Shown here: in pieces, positions 34,131-45,324 of the stretch
Position numbering within the stretch: position 1 is the first letter of the stretch
How the letters are laid out: each line of letters opens with the position of its first letter
From: Podospora anserina
Lineage: Eukaryota
DNA length: 64,000 nt
Direction: 5' to 3'
NCBI GenBank assembly: GCA_017654855.1
Contig: CM030335.1
Span: forward strand, 620,001 to 684,000
The notes under the pieces: generated by a model
Seen by the model: only the letters and a program-made list of their open reading frames with translations
Told to the model about the DNA's origin: nothing
Database searches by the model: none
Position numbers and translations under genes: made by a program

Positions 34131-36992
34131 TCAGACCCCCTTAAACACAAATACGTCCTGCTCCTCAACCTTACTGCAGAGTTCCACAACCAACGGCTTT
34201 TCTCTCACAGACAAGAGCACGTTAACAGGTCCCGCCTTTTTGTCCTGGATCGGCTTTTCTCTCGCAGACAAGAGCACCTTCACAGGTTCCACCTTGTCAT
34301 CTTTTGCCTTTTCCACACCAACAGACCTGCCCCCTAATCTCTTCGCAACATCCTCATACGCCCCAGGAGGAGGGAGCCTGACCCTGATTGCCTTTTTCGG
34401 ATACACCCTTACAGGAACAGGTATAGCAATACATCTCACAGGCAACAACCCGCCTGATGCCCGCAGACAGATATCAACCCACAATCCCAACCCATCTCGA
34501 AAGAAACCCTTCAAACTCTCCCGATCATCCTGCCCAAGACGATCAAGAACGGGGTTCCAGGCCTGGGTCACCACCGCGGCAGGGTATCCCTCCGAACCCT
34601 GACGGGTGCCCCAAACCGGCGGCACTTGCCGCCCTCCGGCCTCCAGCTGTGGGGTGTAAAGCACGCCTGGGTTTTTGTCGAACCACGATCGGATGGACTC
34701 CAGGTTGGAGGTTCGCTGCTTCCAGATTAGGAGGTAAATTTTCACAACCCAGTCCGTGAGCGCCCCTTTAACAACCAAGTAGGAGTGTTCCCGGATGATG
34801 AAGGCTTTCAGGATAGCTACGAGGCATGTCAGGCTGGGGTTGCCCGGGTGGTCTATTCCAAAATGAGCGGCGAAGAGTTTCCACCGTGAGGATGGGTGTT
34901 CGTCGGATGTGAGTAGCGGTTTTCGAACTCGGAGCAGAGGCAGCGATTTGCAAGTTTTGCTATCGAAAAGGCTCGAGCACGCGCAGGCGGCCAAGACCGA
35001 AGGAAGTGGAAGGACTGTTTTACTGAGCGGAAGGCTTATCCCATCTTGGCAGGTGATCTTCATCTCCTTGACCAACTGTGTTGCTTTGGTATTTTTCCTC
35101 CATTTGGCCGTGTCTGTGTGGTAGGCTTCATAAAGACGATCGAGTGCCCATTCTGGTTTGTGCTTGGCTATAAATAGGAACTCTGCACTTAGGACAGGTT
35201 CCTTGTGTTGGCGATCGAAGATTCGTAGTTTGTAGCTGACACCCACTACTTGAAGGAGAAAATCCTTCCAGGTGGCTGTGGTGGCAGGATTGCTGATTAA
35301 CGGGGGCGGGCTTTTGGTGTATATATCGTGGATGAACGAGGTGGTTGCCGCGATAGCTTTGTATCCAGCTTTACCACTAAGACTTGATAGCCCGCCTTCC
35401 TCAGACCAACCAGACGATGCCGAAAAATAAAGAGCGTCCCGTTTTGGCACTTTGGGGTTTCCACGCTGGTCAAACATCACAAGATAGAAATCCTCTGATG
35501 ATGAGATATGTCCCTTTTGATAACCCCAAAACAGGAAACGAAGGTGGTTGTTGGAAGCGTTGATATCCGAGTCGGTGGAATCTCCTATCTTCCAGGCATT
35601 ATGTTTGAGTAGGATAATCTTCTGAACAAATGCCCATTCTGCGGTCACAGCACCTAGCAATGCATAGAGCGCACGATTATCGGGGTCGCAAGACAAGTCT
35701 GTATCTAGGACCGCAAGTGGGAGGTCTTCGGGAACAACAGGGCCGTCAGTGTCGGGCATATAAATGCTGCCTCCTTGCCTCTTCCATGAAGCAACAGCTC
35801 TGTTCAACCCACCAGGAACAAGAGAGAGTAAGCCAAGGGTCTTGAGATCGATGCTGTGTCCGTCTCCAAAGGCACCCGACGCCCAAGCTCTGACGCGAGA
35901 CCGCCGGTCTTCATCTTGGTTGCCGAGAAACTTCAGCCAATCCCGCCTTTTCATCAACGATCGCACCCGAGCGATCATATCATCTGCACTAACTATGTGA
36001 AGTCCATAATCCAACAAGATCTCCTGGTCTTGACTTTGGTACTGTGACGAAAGCTGGCCAGATGTATCATCAGAGTCTGGAAATAAGGGGTTTCCGTGGG
36101 AATCCAGCTGGTCTTCGGAGTACGTGCACAGCTGAGAAATAGATCGATAGCGCCCTGCTTGGTCGACCAACAAAGGGTCCGATGATAGATATGTTCGAAT
36201 AAGCGAAGCCAACTTCTCTGGCCACAGCCGATGAGGTATATAGCGCATCCAAGTAAACTTGAGCGATGGCAGTGTGGATATTGCGTGTAGGCAAAGCAGA
36301 ATGCTGTGTGCCACCAACTCGAGTTGTGTACTGTCGAGTGTTTCCCGATTATCGAAATGGAGTAAAAACTGTATGACAGAGACAGATCGTCAGCCGACTG
36401 TTCAAACTTCTTCCAGACCGATAATCCGTACATTATACTTCCTTGGCCTTTTAGCCATGAAGCAAAACACATCTTGATCCTCGATCAGAGGGTTGCCGAG
36501 CTGATCAACAGGGAAAGCGGCCATGACGCGCTCTTTGCCTGCCTCTTTTTCTTCCCCCCCAACAACATGAAAGCGACTAGGGCGCGTCAAGCTCGAGACA
36601 TCTGATACGTAATTGACGGTCTCAAGGATGACCAGATCAACACGCGAGATTATCTTTGCATCTCGTCTCCACTGTTGTTTTCCAGAATCATCCCAGATGA
36701 TCACGTCGTAGGACCGAATATTTCGCAGAAAGAGCAACCCTTTTGGATCCAAGGCCCGAAGCACTTCATTTAGGCAGTCCCGTTCGGCCCCTGCTATGCT
36801 CTGGACCCTGGAAAATGGCTGGACAATGGATTGGGTGTCATCGGCATTCGACTCGACATGAAGCCTATCCTTGTGCAAATGGAGGGATACATGCGGTTCC
36901 TTGTCTGCTTTCAGCGCGATGGAGTAGGATTTCTCGTCAAACTGGCGAAACAATGTGGCTATTCCGTCCCCGTCAAACACAACTTGTGCCAT
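34131..36992 (-). CDS. Large protein (about 930 aa) resembling fungal sacsin/NO VEIN-like proteins with an eroded N-terminal ATPase region; intron 36369-36431
   Basis: 63-nt GTACGG..GCTGAC..CAG intron joins the two ORFs in frame; 'EPHVSLHLHKDRLHVESN', 'LLFLRNIR', 'MAAFPVD..P.IEDQDVFCF', 'FTWMRYIP'; family resemblance recalled from memory. Confidence 0.6.
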
Positions 36993-37525
36993 CTTGCTGA
37001 TTTGAGATACGAGATTTCTTTATCGATTAACCAAGAGACTGGAACAATGGTGAGAATTTGTTGAGTCGATAGAGTCGGTGTTGATTCTAGAGTGGAAGCA
37101 TGCGAGACAAGGAGTTGTCAACCTGTCATAAACGGCTGTGTCTGTTGCTCAAGCCGGCGCGTGGCAGGGCTGCGGCTATTGGCTTGAATATCCATGCTGG
37201 CAATCGCCAAGTAGAAGCCTGTCTTTTTTTGGCGTTCAGCTCATGGACTTAATGCACTTCGCTTGATGGCCACGTTAAAGCTTCTCTTGGCAGACATCTT
37301 CGATAATCACCCTGTAAGCGCCCAAACCCTTACCAAACATTTCATGAGACGCTTCGTGGAACCAAACTGTACAGTTTCCCAAACGAAGCTCATTGAGGTC
37401 AAGGATTGTCTAGGATTTCGAGAGAAAGTATATACGTCAATGACCGCCGGGACATATCTATTATCTCTTTCCATCAGTCTCAGCTTCGATTCCCACTCGC
37501 TCTTGGCTCTAGATGTTGTTTAATC

Positions 37526-38855
37526 CTACTTCTCCGTAACTACCTCACCAGTCGCAAGCAAACGCTAACCCTCTGGAAGCGGGAGCTGCGCTGTTGCGGA
37601 AAGCTGCCACCTGATAAACGGCTCCCCTCTCTTGATCATCTCCGACCGCATTTGCGATGCCCTCCGCGTCACGCTCCCCACAAAGTCGACCAGTGGGAAC
37701 CCCGGTTGGCCCGGCCAGTCGATAAACTCAGGAGCCTGCATACAGAACGTAGTTTCCTTCTCGGTCTTTTTCCGAGAACTGACCCCCTCCATAAGAACAC
37801 GTCGATATTCGGACACAGGTAACCCCTCCTCAAGCTGCACATCGGGATGTTGCTCCCACTCTTCTTCTTGATCCAGTACTTGGGCGACATCTAGATCTTT
37901 CAGCTCGTTTTCCTCGCGGTAGGAAATGTCACTCGTGATAATTTCATACACGGCGAAAACGGCGAGCTTGACGTCGTTGCGGTCTTCGTCGTGGCCAAAG
38001 GTGTTGAGGTGGTCATTGTCGCCTTCCCAGGTAAGCTTGGCGCCCATGTTGAAGTCAAAGATTTGGAGGTCGTCTGTTTCTGGATCGATGAGGAGGTTCC
38101 ACGTGGTGATGTCGCGGTGGACGATACCGAGTTTAAGATTGAGGTGGTCGATGGTCTGAAAATGTCAGTGACAGCAATGGAGAATGAGGTTGGCGGATAT
38201 ACTGTCATGAGTTGCTTCAGATGCTTCAGCTTAAAGACCCGATTGAAGTTGTCCAGAACGGTGTCCCCGGGAACAGAAGGAGTGGTAAATCCCGCGACCT
38301 TTTCGGGCCCATCAGGTGTTGCTGATTCCACGGCTATGCGGCCGATGGGTACGATATTCGGGTGCGCGGAATTCTCAGAGTGCAGTTCATTTCGTGCCAG
38401 AACATGGGAATGTTGCCTTCGTTAATTTAGTACTTGAAGACCACATGTTTCGTGTCGCCCGTTGAGGATTCGTACGTGACGTGGTCGGTCTGAACTCCAA
38501 GTGGTTCAATTTTAGTGAGTCCTGAGCTCCGGACCGTTGGAAGGTGTGGTGGGAGGTCGTTTGGTGAAGTGTAGAAGGGGATGATGGTGCTGTCATCGTC
38601 AGCCGCCGTCGAGGAAGACAGCAGTTCGAAGTCGTCCGAGACCTTGATTTTGACAACATTTGGTGGTAGGTCATCGGTGAGCTCTACCAGGGCCTCAAAG
38701 ATGAATTCTCCATCCTTCTTCCCAGAAGTGCAAACGGTAATGGTGCGTCGTTGGTCCCAGTCAATGACATTGTGATAGTGACCACTGACGGGATTCCAAC
38801 TGTCAAGACTTGACTTGAATCGTGACTGGAGGAGATACTAGTCAAAGCAACCCAT
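37526..38855 (-). pseudogene. Fungal protein-kinase-like pseudogene; intron 38156-38202
   Basis: 'VIDWDQRR', VVFKY, 'WHE', HPNIV, 'GIVHRDITTWNLLID', 'IFDFN'; in-frame stops at 38838-38840, 38427-38429 and probably 37565-37567. Confidence 0.8.
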
Positions 38856-40578
38856 TGTAACATAAAGAGCAAATAGAAGTATCACTCGTGAATGATGCGC
38901 TAGGTACCTTACCTACCTAGGGAGGAATTCAGTCTGCATTTCACCACACAACCGACCTTGGGTGCCTAGGTAGAGTGAGCCATTCACATTCTGCAGGACA
39001 CTTGCTTTACCCTTGTAATGATACAGTGCAAATTCCGTGACCGAAACTGAGAGCGGGTGGTTTAGTTGACAGCTGATATCACATCAGGGATGATATGCCC
39101 AAACGAGGAGACAAGTTATCGATAATAGCTATCGACCAACCAATGTTACCCGGCACTTCTGGATAATGATCTCCATTCAGGGGCGATTGCAGCACTGTCA
39201 GCACGGCCAACTTCCGTTCCTTCCGCCCATTCCGATAGTATGAAGATGGTTGGAAACGTCCAAACGCTGATGGATCCGCACAAGATCGTAAAAAGCAAGG
39301 CACGGCGACAATCCCCTAATGAGATCCAGCAAGTATTGGATGGATGCCGTGTGGAGCCGGAGTTATGGTGCTGGTACGGATTTATGATCGACGATCCTAG
39401 CTAGCGAGGCAGTCAGGCTAACGGTTATTAGGTAGGCATGAGAGGCACAGTCCTGTGAGGTTCGTGTGTAACAGCTGTTGGCGGTGGCCACTGGCCAGGG
39501 AGCTGGGTAATTCTCTAACGAGAAACGGGACCATGTTGCGAGTGTGGACTCGCTAATGAATACTCTAAACTGGCCTATCCAGCGAAACAGGATCATGTTA
39601 AAGATTGGGAAAGAAGAAACATGAATGGTGATGTAAGCTAAGCACAAGTGTAATAAGTCTTCTAGCACATTCTCACCACAAGACAAGAACAACGATGGAT
39701 TGACTGTATTTATGAAACAATCAGTCAATGCCTGCGTAGGTAGGTAGGCATATTAAAATCGAGTTCTGTACATTTTCAAGCCCCATCCTTCGTGTCTGGT
39801 TGGGGATATTTTCGCCGGGCGAATGTCTCCACCTCACCTCTATGGGTGGTTCCCAGGGGCTCTGAAGACTTTAGTAGAAGGAATAGACTAGTTGTTGATC
39901 ATCGCTACCTTTGGTAGTCAGAAGGGCAGTTGGACTTGCACAAGGACAGCCCTACCGAGGTCCCAGATGAGCAGCCTCTTACAATACCCACCTATAGTAG
40001 GAACTTCTTCTACGCCGAAACGTGGAAAGGCTTTTGATCCTCGTTGATAAACACAAACATTGCTCTATCTGTAACCCATGGTCAATTGCCAGCAGTTTCG
40101 TAAGCTCTCTGTCTGAAGTTTCATTGGATAAACAGAGATTTTTTGCTCCTGAAGAACTTCCAACAAGCGGCGAAGGTAAGGCCTCCTTCTCCTCTTTGCA
40201 TCGATCACCAGAGCATTCACCACATGAAGGAAAACTATGGAAGATCATGCGAGAGACCGTGAAGATCCATCACCAGAGGGGGGTTTGAAGAGATCAAAGT
40301 CAGAATCCTTCATCCTCTGAGGGATGCAGAGATCGGCAACGACAGCTTTGCTCCGTGACATGGTCGAGCAATCATAGATCGAAACTGTCCATAAAGAGAG
40401 GATGGAAGCCTCTCTCATCAGGTTTCTTCTCATTATCCTCAGACCCTCACAGTCGTCAGCAACACCAACCAGTCAAAACCAACTTTCAATACTTCAGTCG
40501 CCAGACAAACTATCAAGTCAGCCAACCTTACACCTCCAATACCTTTTGACACTGCTAACCTCCAGCTCAGCCGTCAAA

Positions 40579-40917
40579 ATGATGTTCAACCCCACCACCA
40601 TCTTCACCGCCATCCTCGGCGCCACATTCCTCGTCGCTCCGGCCATCGCCGCGCCGGCGGAGGAGGTCGCTGCCCCTCTCGCAAAGAGAGTCTGGCTCAG
40701 CAACATCGACGTCCAGGCTGCCTGCAAGGAGCAGTACACCAACGAGTACGTCGCCATTGACAACGGCAACGGGTGCGGTGCCTGGCAGTGCGTGATCAAC
40801 AACAACCGATACAGCGTCAACATGGACAGCTACTGCGTCCGCCACCATGGTGGTGAGGCCTATGCCAGCTGCGGCGGTGGCACCAAGTGGGACTGGCAGT
40901 GCCATGACCGCTCTTGA
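40579..40917 (+). CDS. Small secreted cysteine-rich protein (pre-pro-peptide, Kex2 KR site, 6 Cys, two internal repeats)
   Basis: Signal MMFNPTTIFTAILGATFLVAPAIA, pro-peptide ending LAKR, mature part about 75 aa; strong C-ending codon bias. Confidence 0.85.
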   Translation: MMFNPTTIFTAILGATFLVAPAIAAPAEEVAAPLAKRVWLSNIDVQAACKEQYTNEYVAIDNGNGCGAWQCVINNNRYSVNMDSYCVRHHGGEAYASCGGGTKWDWQCHDRS

Positions 40918-41367
40918 GTGGTCGAGATCAGGGGTTTGAGGGGATGGGTAGAGATGACTGAGGAGGTGGGGGGAGGGGGGGGGGTTCTGGTTCATTTCTC
41001 AAGTCTTTCACTTGTGTAGGAAGTTGGCCACTTCTTAGTTTTTTTTTGGAGGATCTTCTAGCTCGCTCTTTACGTACACGAATCAATTGTTTGTCAACAC
41101 TAACTTGTGCTGTCTCTTGACTGATACTGTAGTGTGAGAACACTCTCAGGATGAGGAATTGTGGATAGCACTTCCTTAATACCGATGTTCAACCCAACAC
41201 AGGGGCATCACCATCAATTTTCGACGCGTCTCGTCAGCGGCCTTCTTTTGGCGTGAGACTTGTCCTTTTTTCATACTCACCGCTTCGCACGGCGATTTAA
41301 CTCTCCAAACTTCCTTATTGACCCGAAACTTCATCGAACACCTGTGTACAGATCCGGCAAAGTCACA

Positions 41368-42680
41368 ATGCCCCTCAAAAGAAACGCTGCCAGCACCGCA
41401 AAAGCGGCCCCTGCCGCCAAAAAGTCGCGTCCCTCTAACGAAGCCGAACCTGCAGCAGCAGTTGCAACGGTAGAAACCTCCGAGGCACAGCAACCCGCTG
41501 CCGCTACCACCACCAAGCCTGCACCTAAGAAGAAGGCCGTCCCAAGCCGATGGAACATCACGTCCGTCTCGGCCAATATCGCCGCTCAATACCAGACCTT
41601 CCTCACGGATGGAAAGCAAGACCCCTTTGTCTTTGCGCTCATGTGCGATCCTCCATTCCCTAGCGGCGACAGCGATGATGAGGAGGAAGATGAAGAAGAG
41701 ACCAGCAATAACAGCAAGAATAAAGATCATGGGGACAGACCGAAGTGCGATGATGGGAAGAAGTGCTACTGCATGCAGCTGTACGATGACCATCCTGAGC
41801 ATCCTTATGTCTTTACCAGAGCAGCCAAGTCGATGTTTGTGGACTTGTCCTCCCACTGTGAGGTCAGAGATCCGGACAATTTTGAGATGTATACCTTTAA
41901 TGATCATTCGGCGTATGGCGCGTTGGAGATCCTCTAGAATCTCATTCTGGATTTTGAGGAAGCCCGGTAGTTGGCAGGAGAAGTGGGCTGTGTGTGAGGC
42001 TCTGGGGTGCTTTTTGAAGAATGATTCTTATGGCACGCTTGCTAGTCGGTACGTTGACCGCATTGCCAATGTTCAAGGCGATGAGAGCTAACAATGATGC
42101 TAGAATCGACGATAGTGAGGGATGCCTATGCCACTTGGGCGTCTCATGGGCCGTATGTTCTTATCCATGCTGGCTCAATTTGAGCGAGACGGTCTTCTCG
42201 CCAATGACGGCCCGGTGAAGAACCTGGGCGTCATCATGGCCGTGTGGATGTCTATCCCCTCTGATATGCGTGGTTACAGTCTCTTGGCCGAGTCAAGGCC
42301 CGAGCCCCTTGGACCTGTCAAGCCGCGGGGTGAAGAAGTGGCGGCCTCACTCCTTTGACCAACAAATACTGGCCTATGCCAGAAAGTACAACATTGCCCT
42401 GAAGGGACTTCCCAATCTGGGCGAACTTGTGCAAGAGATTGAAGAAGAAGGAGAGGGCGAATTGCCTGAGCTTGTGCACAGCACATCAAAGTCCGATGTC
42501 TTCCACTATGAGAGGGAGTTGACCAGATACAAGGAGAGATATGGAAGCATTCCTCATTTTATGAGCATCCACGGCCGTAAGCAGAAGACGGAGCCGAAGA
42601 CGAATATGGGTGGTGATAATTTTGATATCACGTCTTGGACTTCGGCTGAGAGGAAGGTGGCTCACTTTGACAAGGTATAA
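41368..42680 (+). pseudogene. Disrupted hypothetical gene (basic low-complexity N-terminus, CD..C.C..HP.H motif)
   Basis: TAG at 41935-41937 followed by in-frame NLILDFEE; coding-like segments switch frame near 41965, 42130 and 42320; intron-like 42049-42103. Confidence 0.6.
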
Positions 42681-43180
42681 TAGGACTGTCGAATTTTCTA
42701 CATATCGGTATCCCACCGACTGCATATTATGCTGCCGATGCCGGATTTCTCCGATAAACACATTTCATCAAAAATACGCATGCACATTCGCTGCGGATCA
42801 CGCAGCTGCCTCCTCAGGTGAGCACAATACACCCCAACCTGCTGCTGCTTTGACCGGCCCATGCCCTATGCCCTGGGACCACGCAAACAAGATCCATCCT
42901 GTTATCACCATCTGTGGAACCAAAAGGACATCTTACCCACAAGGTAGGCTTGGTGGAATGTATCTTTAACAGGATAAAGGTTCAATTAAAGAAGTGTAAA
43001 AGAAGAAGAAAACTGAATACAAAAGACAGAAAACTAGGCATGCAAGCCAATACAAGCCATCTCTAGCTCTTCCCATCTACCCATCTAGCTCCAAAAGACA
43101 GAGGAAACCATGCAACATGTAAATGCAAACGCTCTACCCAAAAGTGCAAAAGACAACCATCACCCCCCATCACCCCCCAT

Positions 43181-43735
43181 CTAAAAGCCCCCCAACGGGT
43201 TAGGGTTAGGAATCCTCCACCCCCCCTGAATGCCCCCCTGCACACCGCTAGGCCCCTCCATCTCAGCAGCCAACTCCTTATGCGCCCTCAGCGAAAACTC
43301 CTGGCGGTCAAAATTCTGGTTGATAACCCCAGTCATACCCGACTGACAGTGAGCGTTGTTGTTTTGAGCGCAGTAGAACCAGATCGGGCGGGTGTCCTTG
43401 ACCTCAATCTGGAACACCTCGTCGCTCTGTCCCTCGCGGACGGGGAAGAAGCCGCTGAAGAAGGAGTTGGCGTCTTTGGGCTGGCAGGGCGTGTCAAAGG
43501 AGGACTCGACGACGGAGTGGTTCAGGGGGTTGAAGTGGAATTCGACTATGGAGCCGACTTCGGCGACTACGTTGTCGGGGTCAAAGATTAGACGGCCGCT
43601 GCGGCCGGCGATGACGGTGTGAGTTGTGCGGGGCGCGGCGGAGGTTTTTGTGGGGTTGTAGGTATTGTCTGTGGGAGCGGCGGAGACAAGGCCGAGAGTG
43701 GTGGTGAGGGTGATGAAGAGAGTTGAGGAGTGCAT
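43181..43735 (-). CDS. Secreted cupredoxin-like protein
   Basis: Signal peptide; 'FDPDNVVAEVGSIVEFHF..NHSV', 'WFYCAQ...HCQSGM' type-1 copper ligand pattern (H, C, H, M). Confidence 0.88.
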   Translation of the reverse strand: MHSSTLFITLTTTLGLVSAAPTDNTYNPTKTSAAPRTTHTVIAGRSGRLIFDPDNVVAEVGSIVEFHFNPLNHSVVESSFDTPCQPKDANSFFSGFFPVREGQSDEVFQIEVKDTRPIWFYCAQNNNAHCQSGMTGVINQNFDRQEFSLRAHKELAAEMEGPSGVQGGIQGGWRIPNPNPLGGF

Positions 43736-45324
43736 TTTATTGGATAGAGTGAAGACTAATGTTGTCTGGAGAGGAAGAGTGGAAGTGTTCGAGTCAGATG
43801 TGTTGATGGTTGGATGGTTGGTGAAGCTGATGAAGGTGATGATGATGATGATGATGAGAAAAAGGCATCAGTGAAGGCGGATTGTCCATGGTGTTATATA
43901 CGCGAGATATCAAATCCATTACGGCTTTTCGTCGCCAACAATTTCGTGGCTATGGATAACTTGGTGATGGATTAGGAGATGGCATTGCGCGGAGGTGAGA
44001 GCATCCGGCGGCCGCAGTGGGCACTTCTCACCGTGTGTTGTTTTTGGCATCGCACCTGTGTTCACCGCAGGCCATGTGCAAGGCTTCGGCCGGCAGTGCA
44101 GCATTCCTCTTTCATTTTTACCAGTCGCCATAGGGCTGCAGCCGGAACCAGAGTATCGGGATTTGGACGATCCGGGGTAAGCAGCCACAAAGTTGCAGAA
44201 CTGTGGTTCGTCCGATGTCTTGTCAGAAATAGAAGCAGGCATCGGTTGAGGCTGTGCAAACTTCTTTGTTGGCCATGGGTAAATGTGGGAAGATGACAGG
44301 ACCAACACCTCACTCATGCTGACCAGATCTGGATAGCTATATTTAAGAAATTAGATATCAATCCTCTCACTTCCTCTTGAAGCTGAATGGTTTATTTCCT
44401 GATCGTGGTTGGACTTTTTGACATCGCAGTTGGCTGAAGACAGCAGGGCATGAAGTTGATAGACCCGCCGCGAAGATGCTTGATAGCCCGAGCGGCCGGC
44501 AAAAACGCATCCAACGAGTGTACCTTGAGCGATGACAACGGATCGTGGCGTGTTTTACGACAAGAAGAGTACCTGGCATGAGCCTCCTGTTTACTAGCAC
44601 TGGGAGAAAGACGTGTAAGGGCGGCAGTCAGCCATGTCAGGTTGGATATCATAGGTACCTACCTAACACCTACCGTGTGAGCAGAGTTGTTGAGACATAT
44701 ATCGACTTTTGGATGGTCACAGGATAGTCTCTGCAGTTCGGTTCCGTTTATACTGAGAGGTTGATATTCGGACTCCTCAGAAGCTGTGTTTGATGGGCAT
44801 GAAAATTGTGTTTATGCTGAAGCAGAAAACACGGGAGGCCAACCAGTCAAAGGAAAGGGGGGCTATTCGTGGAGTTGTTAACGGCTGGTTCCGATAACTG
44901 AGGAGCATGCATTCCAGGTCACCGCCGTTTGATGACGGCGATTGCGCCCTCGAAGATAACTCGAAACACATGTCACTGATTAACTGGAGAGAAGAAGAAT
45001 CGAGAACGGATGAGCCAATGACAGTGCGCCAACCGCCGCAACAGGGCGCTAACGGAAAGTCGCTTGATCGGAGTTTTATTGCCCCGGGTCCGGAATTAGC
45101 CGGTGCCTGGACAAACGTCATACGGTCATGCGTCAACTTGCGCCGCCTCTGTATCAAAACATCATCATTTTAAACTCTGAATCATCAAAAAAAAAACATC
45201 GTCTTCCTGCGCCATTTTGGTGCTTTCTCATTTATCTGGTCTGTCATTGTTGTTTTGTTGGCGCCCCTATTTTATTCAGGTGGTTTGATCGAAGCCTCCA
45301 TCTACAGTGACTCGCGAGGCGTGC

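Noticed and set aside
36402-36404. Apparent premature stop splitting the sacsin-like gene
   Set aside because: It falls inside a canonical 63-nt intron (36369-36431), so the gene is not a pseudogene on this evidence
37526-38855. Possible Spok meiotic-drive gene (kinase-like domain in a Podospora-like genome)
   Set aside because: Too short, intron-containing, and lacks the coiled-coil, nuclease and cysteine-cluster architecture of Spok proteins
43197-43210. Telomere-like GGGTTAGGGTTAGG
   Set aside because: It is the antisense of the PNPNP codons in the cupredoxin gene
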